A DNA stretch of 64,000 nucleotides from Amoebidium appalachense (Eukaryota; Protista; Ichthyosporea), in NCBI GenBank assembly GCA_963693365.1, contig CAVNZM010000002.1:12456328-12520327 (forward strand). Reading direction: 5' to 3'. A program made the translations under genes and the position numbers. This document shows, piece after piece, positions 1 to 19,025 of this stretch (within the stretch, counting starts at the first letter, position 1; each line of letters starts with the position of its first letter). The notes under the pieces were generated by a model, which saw only the letters and a program-made list of their open reading frames with translations, searched no databases and was not told where the DNA came from.

Positions 1-73
1 TTTCAACTTCTTTTCTTCTTCTTCTTCTTTTCCTTCCCAACTTTTTTTTTTTTTTTTTTTTTTTTTCCAACTT

Positions 74-111
<38 letters not shown>

Positions 112-227
112 AGAAAGGTAAAGGCGGAGGCGGGGAACACAAACAGGGAGGGAGGGAGAGAGAGAGGAGGGGAAGGGGGAGAGGAAGAGGGGAGAGAGAG
201 AAAGGGCCGGGGGGGGTGGGGAAAGAA

Positions 228-1020
<793 letters not shown>

Positions 1021-1045
1021 CTCCCCCCAGGCTCTCTCTCTCGCC

Positions 1046-1084
<39 letters not shown>

Positions 1085-1414
1085 CTCCCCCGGCCCCGTC
1101 TCTTATTGGACAAAGTTGAATCGTCATGTCGGAAGGAGTTGCGCCATTGACTCATGAGTCCCGCTGTCCGGGCTGTGCAGTAGGGCCTTATGAAAAGATC
1201 CCGTGTATCTAGGTGATATTCAGGGGCAAGTTGGATACCAGATATATCTGGTGATAATCATGACACCCCCGAGATCTGTCCGGTGATATTCTGGAGGGTG
1301 CAAAAATTGATATATCAAAATGGATCTCTGAAGAGGTGATATATCCTGCGCTCAGAGGCGGGATATATCACGTCCACCTAAGGGGTATTATAGGAGTTAT
1401 CTAATATGTGTTGT

Positions 1415-3627
<2,213 letters not shown>

Positions 3628-4259
3628 TGTCTAGGTAACATGCCATTGGGTGTATTGTTATTCTGTAAATCCGTTTCATGCCTCAAGGGTGCGGCGCCCC
3701 TCATCATGAACTATTTGTGTCCTTGTTCTCTCACCAGCCGTTTTGCATACTGTTCAGCCCTCTCTTTTGCTTTGCTAGGTCCTCCCCATCTTTGGCATTC
3801 GGGCCTTGGCAACTACAATTTGTAGCCGAAAGAGTTTAGCTCCAATAACCGACATAATGAATTATCTCAAGCGGCCATTCAACCTTGTAATAAAATAAAC
3901 AATGCATATCGAGCCATGGCTCCATATCATGGATTGGGGTGTAGGGGGATTCTGATCCTAGGCCCACGGGTCGACGTTTATCTTGGCATGTTGGAAGGAG
4001 CTGTGTCATAGCGCCCAGCTATAAAAGCTGCTTACTGCCCCAGTTGTCTTGAGCCCCTCCGCGCACACAACACTCTGCGGCACTTGCGCCTGGTAGGAGC
4101 CCGTTCGAGCCAAATTTTTCTCTTGACAACTTCCCTGCATTGGCATCATCTGGTTGTCCAGCTTCGTTTGTGAATAGGTCACGGCTAAAATTATAGTTGT
4201 TCATTCGAGCACTAGTTTATAAATTTTTGGTCAGTTGCTACACAAGATCACCCACCATC

Positions 4260-6254
4260 ATGACCCGCACGATCCTTTCGGGGCTGTGTGCCCTGCTGGG
4301 TGCCGCCCTCACGCACGCAGCCACTGTCACGGTGATGCCGACCGACAGCCTTGCCAGTGCTGTGGCTGCTGCCTCCGCTGGAGACACCATCACTTTGACC
4401 GCGGGCGTCCACTACATTGATGGCACGATTTCCGTGGATAAAGACCTGAAAATCATCGGTGCTGGCCCTACAACTATTCTCTCCCCGAGCTTTGCTAACA
4501 TCATGTATGCTTTTGTCACGGCTGCCCCCAACATCAAGCTCGAAGCGGCGAAGATGAGCATGGGGAATGTCGGCGGTGCTGCCATGTGTGCTCTGGCCAC
4601 CCCCTGGGCCCTGCAGGGAAACTTCTCCATGGCCCTCGTCAACCCCAATATCCGCAACAACAAGGTGAATATCGAGACTGACCTTGGCCACTGGTTTGAT
4701 ATGCGTTATGTCGATGACATTGCTTTTGCCAACTGCACCTACACCAAGGACGGTGTGATGGGAACCAACACCAACACCAAGATGTCTGGCTACATGTTTG
4801 GCATTAAGTTTTCCACCTGCCACGGCCATGCGCTCTTCTCGGTTGACTTTGACAAGCTGGCCAACTGCGGCACTGCTATCGACAAGACTGACCCCAAGTT
4901 TGCCAAGTACACCGGCAAGATTGAGGTGTGGATGAAGGAGTATGTTGACAAGATTTCCCCCACCAAGAACCTGCGCCTGCCGGTCACTCGCGAGGGTAAT
5001 GCTATTACCATTCTCCGCATCCAGAACGACCGTGTTGCCAAAGTTTCCGCCACCATCGCCATCAACTACCAGGCTGCGGACCTTCAGGCGGCTATCACCA
5101 AGGTTGGTGTGAAGGAAGTTGACGGCGTGAACACTTCCACGGTTGTTCTGACGATCAACTTGCCCGCCCCTTACACCGTCATCGGCTACTCGGTCGGCAA
5201 CCTCACCCTGTCTGACATGAACATCCCCACGGCCAATGCCACCAAGTGGTATGGCAGTGAGGCCTGCAACAACCTCGTGGCGCCCCAGACGTGCAACATT
5301 ACAGCCACTTTCAACATCACGGCGTGCGACCTGACAGGATCCTACTCCATGCTCAAGGTTCCTATCGGCTGCCAGGCATCGTCCATCTCCGACGGCTCGT
5401 GCCCGTTCATCAGCTCAAACAGCTCCACTGCCGACGTGCTCTTCTTCATCAGCACCAACAACTTCTGCAATGTTTCCGAGTTCAACCTGTCGGCCCTATT
5501 CACCCTTGACGTTGTTCTGCGCACCGACAACGTCTTCAACACCACACGCCCCTCAACTCTGTTCAACCTCGGCGACATGAGCTACTGGTCTCTCCGTATT
5601 TGGACCAACGTCACCAACGTGGGCATTGCCAACGCTGTCGTCACCAAGTTCAGCCGTGCCTCCGATGGTGACTGTGAGCCCTACACGACGCCGTTCACTG
5701 ACGTTTCCACCCTAACCCAGACCTTCATGGGTGGACTTACCCCGCCCGAGATCCAGAACCCCATCCCCGTTACCGCGGCACTCACATGTGCCAGTGCCGT
5801 CACCACATCCAACAACATCACCCTGACCTGGACCGTCCTTGTCGACTATCTCGACACGACTGCCCGCCGCCGCCGCCGCGAGATGAGGAATGCCATCGAC
5901 TATCGCCGTGACTCTGGTGAGCTTACTGAGAGCAAGGGATTCCAAGCCCTCAGCGTACAGGGTACCACAACCGAAGGTGCCGCCACACCCGTGAGCGGGA
6001 GCCAGGGTATTCCCACGGTTGCTATCATCATCATTATTGTCGGTGTGCTGATGGTGTGCATGTGCGGTTGCTGCGCTTTCTTGGGTGTTGTTGCTTGGCG
6101 CCGCCACCAGAAGCGCAAGGAGAAGCAGACCTTCCTTGCGGCCCAGACTGGTGCGCACCTTGGCTCTTCAACGCAGTTCGGCCAGTCCCAGATGACCTTT
6201 GCTCACCCCGGGTCCCAGGATGCTCTGGCTCGCAAGTCGTCGATTGGTATTTAA
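4260..6254 (+). CDS. Type I membrane glycoprotein, 664 aa (signal peptide, beta-helix-cap-like N-terminus, Cys-rich ectodomain, polybasic site, TM helix, cytoplasmic tail)
   Basis: Uninterrupted GC3-rich ORF with first ATG at 4260. MTRTILSGLCALLGAALTHA signal; many N-x-S/T sequons; RRRRR ~45 aa before the TM (VAIIIIIVGVLMVCMCGCCAFLGVVAW-RR). Aligns along nearly its full length with the 22883-25027 paralog. Confidence 0.9.
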   Translation: MTRTILSGLCALLGAALTHAATVTVMPTDSLASAVAAASAGDTITLTAGVHYIDGTISVDKDLKIIGAGPTTILSPSFANIMYAFVTAAPNIKLEAAKMSMGNVGGAAMCALATPWALQGNFSMALVNPNIRNNKVNIETDLGHWFDMRYVDDIAFANCTYTKDGVMGTNTNTKMSGYMFGIKFSTCHGHALFSVDFDKLANCGTAIDKTDPKFAKYTGKIEVWMKEYVDKISPTKNLRLPVTREGNAITILRIQNDRVAKVSATIAINYQAADLQAAITKVGVKEVDGVNTSTVVLTINLPAPYTVIGYSVGNLTLSDMNIPTANATKWYGSEACNNLVAPQTCNITATFNITACDLTGSYSMLKVPIGCQASSISDGSCPFISSNSSTADVLFFISTNNFCNVSEFNLSALFTLDVVLRTDNVFNTTRPSTLFNLGDMSYWSLRIWTNVTNVGIANAVVTKFSRASDGDCEPYTTPFTDVSTLTQTFMGGLTPPEIQNPIPVTAALTCASAVTTSNNITLTWTVLVDYLDTTARRRRREMRNAIDYRRDSGELTESKGFQALSVQGTTTEGAATPVSGSQGIPTVAIIIIIVGVLMVCMCGCCAFLGVVAWRRHQKRKEKQTFLAAQTGAHLGSSTQFGQSQMTFAHPGSQDALARKSSIGI

Positions 6255-6781
6255 ATATTTTAGAGAGTAAGGGAGAAATAACACTGCTCTGTGGGAATAT
6301 AACTTGAAACCGAGCCTTAGGCTAGTTGGTAGTAAGCTGAGCCCGGCCCCGGATAGAGCTGGCTCAGGCTTGAAGACTGCGTTCGCTCTCTCAATCATGA
6401 TAGCATGCAATTTCAATACTGCATTCAAGCCGTTAATCTTTCCCTTTTTAGTAGTAGTAGGACTCGGATATATGTTATGGTAGCATGGAGTCAAGAACTA
6501 CACCTGGCGTGTGGTTCAGGATATCACCCCCCCGAAGTTTATTAAAAAAAAAAAAAAGCCATCCAACTGTGTGCAGTGATGATTCCCCCAATTTGGTGTC
6601 CCACAGAAAAAAAGCTGGGGTGGCCCGGACCCCATGGTGTTGTGACTGTCAGTGTGTGCAACGTGTGAACGTGTAAGATCAAATGATAGCTTCGGCAACA
6701 TCTCAACGTACTGACACAACCGTCTGACCGTTGGCAGTAGTGGTTAAGTTTTTTTCATTCTCAAAGTTTTTTTTATATATA

Positions 6782-6814
<33 letters not shown>

Positions 6815-6855
6815 CAATTTCCCCAGCTCCCGCGGTCACAATGATAAACCAGAGT

Positions 6856-6888
<33 letters not shown>

Positions 6889-6891
6889 GTT

Positions 6892-6928
<37 letters not shown>

Positions 6929-7390
6929 TTATTATTATTACTATTATTATTATTATTGCCTTTTTTTCAATTCCCTTTTTCTTCTCCGTCACATATAATT
7001 GTAAAACTTCTCCTTTTTTTTCTTGTTCCTTTTAAAGCTATTAGTACTTCGATCTCCCTCATCCCTTTCTCCCTTTTCTCTCCCTCTCTCTCCCCCCCCC
7101 CCCCCCCCCCCCCCCCCCCACACACACACACCCACCCTCCCTTCTCTCGTCTCAACTGAATATCTTTCATTTTTCTTTTTCTTTTCTTTTTTCTTTCTTC
7201 TCTTAAGGGGGAAGTAGACTAAGGGGTGTGAGGTTATAAGATATGGCAGAAAGGGAGGAAAGGGGGAGGGGGGGGTGGGGGGGGGGGGGTGGAGGGGGGG
7301 ATTGAGGGGGGGGGTGGGGGTTGGGAGGAGGGTTATAAGGAGTACTGCTGAAGTGCCGCAGTGGGGTAAGCACACCTGGCCCCCGAGGCC

Positions 7391-7623
<233 letters not shown>

Positions 7624-8437
7624 CGTTGAAATTCAGTGATGGTGGCACTGGGCAGCCTAAGGGATAGGTGAATCCCCTCTCCCTCAACCAGGCCCCGTAC
7701 AAACAAAAAAAATTGAAGAAGATTGCCGGCAATTCGCGAGATCGAGGCACCGCTCACTGAATCGAACTTGTTCAAGTACTCAGTGCAGCACGGTGTGACC
7801 TAAAACTATGACGCTCGATCGATGCACACTCCATACTATTGGTCACACAGCCACAAATGTATGCACACACAAAATAGTAGTGGCCGTGACACTGCACACA
7901 TGTGAAACCTTCACCGTGACTGACACACGTCACACACCGTGGGAGAGGAAGGGATTTAGTGGTGGTGGGGGGGGGGGGGGGGGGGGGGAGGGGGTGGCTC
8001 CCTCTTGAGTAAATGTTCGCGAGCCGCCTGCCTGCTCCTTATAAGGTACCTCACACCGTCACGCACACACTGTCATGTACAGTGGCACTGGCACGTGTGA
8101 TTGTGACACACACGCACATTTGTACACGCCCGCCACACTGTCAGCACACACACGCGTGTGCGCGCCACAAGTCACACACTGCACGTACACTCACACACAC
8201 AACATCTATATATACTATATACATGATATTTAAATATATGTAAATATCATATATAAATATATACCGGTTGCGGGCGACCCTTGTCGGACAGAGAGAAGAG
8301 AAGAGAGGTGGAAAGAGAGAGAGGGACTCGGAAAGATCAGCCGGGGGGAGGGGGGGGGGGGGGGGGGGGGGGGACTCTTGGAGGGGGAGAGGGCAGAAAG
8401 CCATGTGTAGCTAGGCAGGCCTGCACGGAGAAGGGGA

Positions 8438-9672
<1,235 letters not shown>

Positions 9673-11332
9673 TCTGCACTGTGCTAGCTGATCGACATCG
9701 GTCACGCACGCCTCAGGAATTTCATAACGGTTCAGGCTGAGGTATTGGGGCTTACGGCTGTACGGATGCATAAAATGAAGGAGGGACCTACAATACATAA
9801 TAATTGGCAGTTAGGCTGCCGCAGTAACGTTGACGAGGGCCTTGGCGCACGCGCCAAGTCATGTTGCAATTCACAGCAAAAATAATAAGATCGAACCACA
9901 CCAAATGCCAAAGCAGTACTGGCCACACATATTTGGCCTTTATATAACAGCTGTGCTATAGCAGGTGGGGGCAATATTTTCCAGAATATTTTCATTTTTG
10001 TGTATTAAATTCTGTTACGTTTGGTACCTCAGGCTGGGGGCAATTGAAGTTACCAAGCTAAAGGTGTTGGGAACTTGGAAGAGAAGTGTCCGCAAGCAGC
10101 GCAAGGCTACTATTCTCCCCGGACACTTTTTTCACACCCTGTGAAGCAATCACGGTCTCTTTTTATCTCTGGAATGCCATTGAATAGTTAATGAATTCCA
10201 TGAGTATTTGCTGCCATGGTGGCTCATGAAGTGTGTGTTTATTTGTACAATGTACACAGCCATCTTTTGCGTAAAGAAGAAAAAATGTACCTACACTTCA
10301 GGTATTACGTGTGTTGTAAATATGAAGATGCTGTTTTATTAACTTTTAGGAGGACGAATCACAGTTGACGTGACAGTTCACAGCTATTTCGTTGCACTAT
10401 TCAACTTGGTACAGTATACGCCCCTGAGTACGGGCTTTCCGGATGCTCGGCCAGGGCCTAATACTGAGTCGCCTTCACCCCTCCCCTGCCGTGCTGTGCC
10501 AGCGCACAGCAGGCTACATGCAATAGTAATACAGCCGAGTCTTGCGCCGTATGTAGGTGCTGTCTGGCGTATGATCACCGTATATTATGATTGCTGTACT
10601 GTAGGCGATGTACGTGTACGTGCCCGGCCCTTAATCTGACAATCCAGTGCACAGCTCACTCGGCTCAAGCTCACGAAAGCCATTATACACATGGTATATT
10701 ACCTACAGGTGATATCAGTAGATACGACGACTGATCACTCTGCCACATCCTTGTACAACAATATTGGTGCGCGTCCACTATACTAACTAAGATTACAGTG
10801 ACTCTATTTTTAATTAGCAAAACGCCAGCTAAGTTCGTGCACCAACGTCACATGGTGGAGAGTAGGCTTGAGGGTGGTCCCCACACGGTGAAAATTCACA
10901 GTTAAGTCGGAGGACAGGGCACAAAGTCCTTTCATGAGCTCACCCTATCAATTAAAGTCCATCATATCACTATTGAGTATCTTCAGCCGCACTACTTGTG
11001 TTATTTTATTAAGTTATCTATAGACTCAATATAAAACCGAGTGGTTTCTGCCCAACGAGGGTTTCTTGAGTCATTATTATCAGTCCGATGCACTGAAACA
11101 CATCACTACGTTTACTACATTCAGTATATTTTCTACGATTAACTGCACCCTGGCAGTTTGTAACCTTCACACTAGTAGTTAGTTGACACACACAACATCA
11201 CCTAGAAACACAATTGTACATACGTTCTACCGGCGTTCACAACTTCAAGTACCACCAGGTGGTAACGGCAGAATTTTTGGTTACGGTTTGAATGCACAAT
11301 GCATATGGATATCTGTGCCATAATGAATGTAC

Positions 11333-11960
11333 AGTACGTTCGTCGGGAGAAATTACGGGCAGCCAAAATTTTGCCCTCATCGACAAAAGCGAGCCGGTTA
11401 AAAATGTCAACGAACCCGTCGCGGATGGCTTTTTTGGTACGGGAATTCCGATTGTCGCGATCGTCATACCTGCATTGGTGCTGATGCTTTTGTGTGTGTC
11501 CGGCTGCATGGCATTGGTTGGGGTTTATGCATGGCGGCAGCACAGAAAGAAGCGGGCTGTGGAGAATTCGAAGATGTCGATTCTGGCGGCAAAAACCACG
11601 GTATCGATCGAATAATCTGAACCATCCACCGTGTCAACTCACCGTCCAAGCGTCGAGTTCAAGAGCCAATCATTATCCGAGCATTTCGGTGGCAGCCTGG
11701 ATAGCCAATCAGGACAGTTTGTCAACCTGAATAGCCAATCGACGCCCGTCGGCAACATGAATGGCCAATCAGGGGTTTTTGGAAATCTGAACAGCCAATC
11801 AACGCTCCTGAGCCACCGTATTAGCCAATCGGGGATGGTTGGCAACCTGAATAGCCATTCAGGGCAATTATTCAGGCCTTTTTTGCAACCTACTATTGAA
11901 TAGCCAATCAGGGGTTTTTGGCAACCTAAATAGCCAATCAGGGCATTTCTCCACCCCAGG
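11333..11960 (+). pseudogene. 3' remnant of the membrane glycoprotein family (stalk, TM and tail only)
   Basis: VRSSGEITGSQNFALID...FFGTGIPIVAIVIP...AWRQHRKK...MSILAAKTT matches the paralog VRRSSEEISGSQDFALVD...MFGTGIPIIAIIVP...VWRRHKK...VSVLAARTT. In-frame TAA at 11613-11615; no ectodomain upstream. Confidence 0.8.
11690..11945 (+). repeat. 30-nt period tandem repeat (core AACCTGAATAGCCAATC), encoding NLNSQSG-type 10-aa repeats
   Basis: (A/G)GCCAATC at 11703, 11733, 11763, 11793, 11823, 11853 (variant AGCCATTC), 11902 and 11932, plus one at 11664. Confidence 0.85.
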
Positions 11961-12737
11961 AACTAGCATTAGTTGTGTTGTTGGTCCTAGTTCCGATAAA
12001 TGGAGCGGGGAATGTCTAAGAAATTTCAGGAATTTTAGTGGAAAATTTAGTTAGTGATTGTATGGCTCGTCAGTGAGAGTTGTACGTGTGGGTGTCTTGA
12101 CCTAATAATGAGTTTAAGCTTTTTCTGTAGTTGTAATGAGCTGTGTTTAACACCGGGTCATGTCCGGAGAATGTATATACACGTGCGCAAGTTGATTCGG
12201 GTTTAAACCACATTGCACATCTGTCACCTTAACGCTTTCCAACTGTGTGTTGAAGGGATCTGAGAAATGAAATGAGATTTAAAAAATTTATAATTTTTGG
12301 CTCTGGATTATGGTCGGTAGGGTCATTTAGTTGTTCAGCGCAATTCAATCTTGAACGTTGCCACGGCTTGTAGCTGTGCGTAAGAATTTATTAGTGTTAT
12401 TCTCTGAAGCCTTGCCAAAGAAATTTAAGTATATGATCATCGAGAGAAGGACGTGAAAGATGAACATTGTGTTTCATTGGGATTCCTTTTTATTGTCTTT
12501 CCAGAGTCCCCAAATAAATAGGGAAGATGAAGTGAGTTTAATTAATTTGGCTTAGTTTTCAGCTCAACTCCTCCCCTGTATTCCTCTCCTTCCCTTCTCT
12601 TTCCCCCCCCCCCCCCCCTCCCCCCCCCCTCCCCCCCTCATCACCCGTCCCTCCCTCCTTCCCCCCCTCCCCCTCCTTTCCCCCCCCTCCCTCCCTCCCC
12701 CCCCCCCCCCCAAAAAAAAAAAAAAAAAAAAAACTCA

Positions 12738-13971
<1,234 letters not shown>

Positions 13972-14529
13972 GTCGTTCTTCAGGGCCAATCATCATGAGC
14001 ATTGTTTCCCCCATTGAACTTCCTTCTTTCCCCACTAAATCTTGCTTAGCGGTCATAACTAAGCACATCCGTTTATGGTAGCTTTTTTGTCGATCCGATT
14101 GGTTTAAAGTCTAAAAAAAAAGACTTTGGAAACTCCCAGCCCCTCCTCTGAAATCACGTCATGCGATTCACAGACTACCTATCTTTTAGTACCAACTTAT
14201 TTGAGGGGGCACTGTTGTGCACGGTCTTTTCAAAGATGGTAATCGAATTTTCGCGATTTTAGCCCCCCCCCCCCCCCCCCCCCTCCCCTTTGATATTCGA
14301 ATCGGCACCAAGTGAGCTGAAGAAGCCCGGACTGCGAAACGTTAGCCCTTAAATTTGAATGAACCGCCGGACCATAAAAAGGGAAAGTTCGCTGACATCT
14401 CAGCTGAGCAGATATAAATATGGGAATTCCGAATATCCTGGTATCCCAAGTTCAACCCATTTCATTGGACTGGAGTAATGCAAACGCATAACATGCCGCA
14501 GGAAATCACCCCCCTCCCCCCCCTCCCCC

Positions 14530-14582
<53 letters not shown>

Positions 14583-14849
14583 ATGACACAATACAGCACC
14601 CCGCACAGTTAAAAAGCTTCAAGCCAGACGTATGTCGTTTTATATCGCATGGAAGTTTCCAGAACAGATGGTATACTCAACCACCACTGTGTGAACACCG
14701 CGATTGTGATTTGGGTTAAAGAATATATATATTGGAGAAAATACCAACGGCCACATATTAGTTATCAGTTTTAAGGCTTCAAGTGTTCTCTGCACAGGCA
14801 TGTTATGTTTCTTTTCTTTCTTTCTTTCTTTTCTTTTTTTTTTTTTTGC

Positions 14850-16200
14850 CCAGTCTTTTAAGGTTGCCGACTTGTTCAGATCATGGGCATTTGTCGCTTT
14901 CAAGTTAGATGGAAAGAAAAATCTCCCTCGAGAGTTTTTCCATTAGGTTTTTAACGTTCAATCATTTGGGTTTGCCAAGTCCTCCCCCCATCCCCCTCAT
15001 CCCCCCCAACCTCGTCCCAATAGCACATGATGGCCCCGCTCACAATTCAATCCCCCCCCCCCCCCCCCCCCCCCCCTCCTTCCTCCCCCTTCCTCCCTCC
15101 CTCCTCTTCGAAATCCTCCCTCCCCCTTCCCCCTTCCCCCCCCCCCCCCCCCCCTCCCCCCCCACCACCACCACCACCATCACCACCCACCCTCCAACAA
15201 AGGAAAAAAAACAAACAAAAAAAAAACACCACCCCCTCTTACCTCATTACATACCAAAACCCACATGTACTCTTGACACCCCCTCCCCTCCCCCCACCCC
15301 CCGTTTTCTACTTCTAGTGATCGTGCTCCCCTTAACGTCTAAGTACACATATCATGGCGTTACCAATCATTATGTCATATTGGAATGGACGTCACCTGTG
15401 TGTAGCGCCACCACACCCCGCAATGATTGGTTTTGCCTATATATGGGTTGCCTCGTTTAAGGCATCGCCATACGAGCTGCTCTGTCGAGGCGGCACATTT
15501 AGTCCTTAAATGCCTTCTCCCCCCTTCCCCCTCCCACCACCCTGCATCCCACCCCCCCCCCCCCCTCCCCCCCCTCCCCCCCCTTCTCCCCCCCTCCCCC
15601 CCTCTCCCCACCCCCCTCCCCCCTCCCCTCCCCCCCCCCCCCCCCCCCCCCCCCCAACACACACACACACACACAAACACGGAGCCCACCACCATCCCGC
15701 ACGTACTTTTCAACCTTTCAACCTCCTTCCCTCCCTCGCTCCCTCTCTCTCTCCCCCCCCCTCTGCCCCCCGTCTCCCCCTCCCCCTTTCCCCCTTCGTC
15801 CGTTAGTTCACAAACCCCTTTGCACCTCGAATTGTCTTCACAACCCTCCCTGCTTATATCTCCAGCACCATTCCTCCCTTTCATAATCTGCGCCTGAGCC
15901 CACCCACGACTCTGAACTTCGGAAACTAAACCCCCCCCCCCCCCCAAAAAAAAAAAAAAAAAAAAAAGAAAGAAAAAAAAGAAAAAAAAAAACCAAAAAA
16001 AAGAAAAAAAAAAAAGCAAAAAAAAAACAAAACAGATGACCTTTTGCTGTCCAGAAATATTTTCTTTCCTAACTTCTCAATTCCCAAACAAACGTCTTTG
16101 AAATTCGAATTCTACCTTTTTTCTTTTTTAACCTTTTGAATTTGGGCTCCATGTGTAGCCGTAACGGTCTCACCATGCATTCCCTCGGGACTGGGGCAGC
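14850..16200 (+). pseudogene. Possible heavily degraded Mutator/MULE (FAR1-like) transposase fragments
   Basis: Collinear short motifs across frames: RLP-LVQIMGI (~14860), SDRAPLN...SLCHIGMDV (~15315-15395), TSCSVEAAHLVLKCL (~15470-15515). They resemble MULE motifs LPLxxIVG, TDRxxAL...LCxWHI and TSRVEGAHxxLK. Recognised by eye only. Confidence 0.35.
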
Positions 16201-16256
16201 TTTCCCTTCAACCACAATCGCCTCCCATCAAGCCCCTCCACACTCTCCAATATGCT

Positions 16257-16344
16257 TATAATTTTCGTGTGCCTATAATTTTGCGCCTATAATTTCGTGT
16301 GCCTATAATTTCGTGTGCCTATAAATTCGTTTGCCTATAATTTC
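16257..16344. repeat. ~17-nt tandem repeat (TATAATTTCGTGTGCC)
   Basis: About 5 imperfect copies visible. Confidence 0.8.
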
Positions 16345-16800
16345 AGACATCAATTAAGTCCTGGGACCCCACTTCCACCTCCCACTCAAATCCTCCTCCC
16401 CCCTTCCTGCCCCCTCTCGCCCCTTCACCTCTGCCCCACCCCCCACCTCCCCCCCTCTCTTTCTCCCTCCCTTTCTCTTCACCCCTGCCTCCTTTTTCCC
16501 CTTGGTTCTCGGCCTCTAATTCTCTGTTCAACCCTTCTTCCAGACCTGTCCCCCCCCCCCCTCCCCCCCCCCCCCCCCCCCCCACACACACACACATCGC
16601 TTGCGCACACATGCGCAGGCACGCATTCACCACCACCATCCCCCGACTGCCTTCTCTTTCACCCAATCACTCTCCCCCAAACCCCAGTTGCACAGATTGA
16701 CCAATGGGACCATCCCTTTATTAACAACCGAACCCGTTCCCCCGACACTTTTTTTTTTTCTTTTTTTTTTTTTTTTTGGTGCTGGTGGTGGTGGGGAAAA

Positions 16801-16852
<52 letters not shown>

Positions 16853-17086
16853 GAGGAGGAGGAGGAGGGGGGGAGGGGGGGAGGGGAAGCAAAAATACGG
16901 ACTGCCAATATTAGCTAATCATGATGATAGTAAAACGGTGTATGAATTTGGGGCAGTTAGGCACGTACATCGGATCACTTCCTACTATTAAGGCTCCTTT
17001 GTAGGTGCCGAATAGGACATCTTTAAGAAACGGTGCTACCGACCCCTCCCCCCCCCCCCCCCCCCCCCCCCCTCCCCCCTCTCCCC

Positions 17087-17135
<49 letters not shown>

Positions 17136-17567
17136 TCCCCGTGGTGGCAGATGAAATGTTCACTTTGTCTCCCCCCTCCCCACCCCCCCACCCACCAATC
17201 CCCCCCCCCCCCCCCCCCCCCCCCAACCCTACCCCACCCCCACCCCACCCCACTCCACACCACCCCGCCCCACCACCCCGCCCCACTTATCCCACCTCAC
17301 CCCACCCCCCGTCCTTACAACCTCCCTGCGGTATTCAGTCTGAACACCTGTTTTTAAGTCTCCATAGCAAGAATGAACCCCCCCCCTCCCAATGAAAATC
17401 TCTCCAAACCACCAACTTCCATCCATCCATTCCAATCACACAAGCCCAAAACACACAACCCTCTCCTACCCTCCCCCCTTCCCCCCAAACCCTGGCTACA
17501 TCTGGTACTATAGGTAATTTGGGGGGTCAGCTACACTTGGTACGAGGCTACATCTGGTACTGCTACA

Positions 17568-17598
<31 letters not shown>

Positions 17599-17996
17599 AA
17601 CCCCACTTTCGCCCCCCTCCCCGCTCTCCCTTTCTCCTCCCTCCCTCACCCCACCCCTTTCCCTCTCCCCCCCCCCCCCCCCCCCCCCCCCTCCTCCCCT
17701 CCCCGGCTTCCCCCCTCGACCCTCCCCCCCGCACCCCCTCTCCCCCACCTTTTCCGTCCTCCTCATTTCCCAACCTCACCGACACGCACACACACACACA
17801 CACACAAACCACCAGGGCACTCCGGTCCTTTACTTTTCTGGAAGTATGAAGGTTGGGTTGGTTACCAAAGGGTGGTCATTCTGCGGTCGTGGGGGAAAAT
17901 GAGTAGGTGCAAGCGAAGGCAGGCCGAAGGCCGAGTTTTAATGGTGGTGATGGTGGTGGTGGTGGTGGTGGTGGTGGTGGTGGTGGTGGTGGTGGT

Positions 17997-18031
<35 letters not shown>

Positions 18032-18505
18032 TGGTAGAGACGTTGGTTTTTTGTTTGTTTTTCTTTTTTTTTGGAAACATGGGACCAGATTGTGAGGCAG
18101 GAATACCCTCGAGAAACGAGCGGGGAGTCAACAGGGGGGCTGCTGAAAGAGGGTGGGGTGCAAAGGACAAAAGGGGGGGGGGGGGGGGGAGGGGGGAGGG
18201 GGGGCTATATGAAGAGTATTTTTGGAATGGTGGCGGCGGTGGCGGCGGGCGTATTGGGGGAAGACGGAGCGCCGGGAAGGGGGGGGGGGGGGAGGGGTAG
18301 GGGGGGGGGGGGGTAGGGGGGAGGGGGGGGGTGGCTTAGGGGAGGTGGTGGTTAACCAATTAAGTGGGGCTGAAGGGGGGAGGGGAATTGGGGAGAAGGG
18401 TTATTTGGGGGGGGGGGGGGGGGGTTGAGTAAGGGTGGGTTGGGGTATTTGGGGGAGTTGAGTTAGGGGTAGGAGTTGGGAGTTGGGGGGTCTCAGTGTG
18501 TTCAT

Positions 18506-18563
<58 letters not shown>

Positions 18564-18988
18564 GAGGCACGTCAGCTGAATGAATGATTGCTGGGGGCCG
18601 GAAGTAGAGTTATTGCTCTAAAGACAGCCTTGTTCTGTGCCAATGATATTGTTTTAGGTGATGTGGACCTGGTTGGGCCCGTGGGGTGGGTGGGTGGGTG
18701 GGTGGGTGGTTGGGTGGGTGGGTGGGTGGGTGGGTGGGTGGGGGGGTGGGTGGAAGCAGACAAAGACTTCTTTCATTTGCATAGGAATAAGGTTTGGTTC
18801 AAAAATGTAAACGAAAAGCAGCCAGAGTACTGGAAACGTCTCATTGTACGGGGAGAGGAGGAGGGGGGAAGATGCTTGAGGGGAGGGGGGAGGGGGGGGG
18901 GGGGAGGAGGAGGCCCGTTACACTTCGGCTGTTCAAGAGGGAGTGTGGCTTGCACATGGAGCAGTGTGAGTGATACTTTCCCCCCCCC

Positions 18989-19025
<37 letters not shown>

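Noticed and set aside
4197-4259. N-terminal extensions in the ORF track (also 25028-25063 and 30678-30713)
   Set aside because: They begin at TTG/GTG; for the membrane proteins the first ATG directly precedes the signal peptide.
11690-11945. Repeat-spacer appearance resembling a CRISPR array
   Set aside because: The 30-nt period is in frame with a paralogous protein tail, the spacers are related to each other, there are no cas genes, and the context is eukaryotic.
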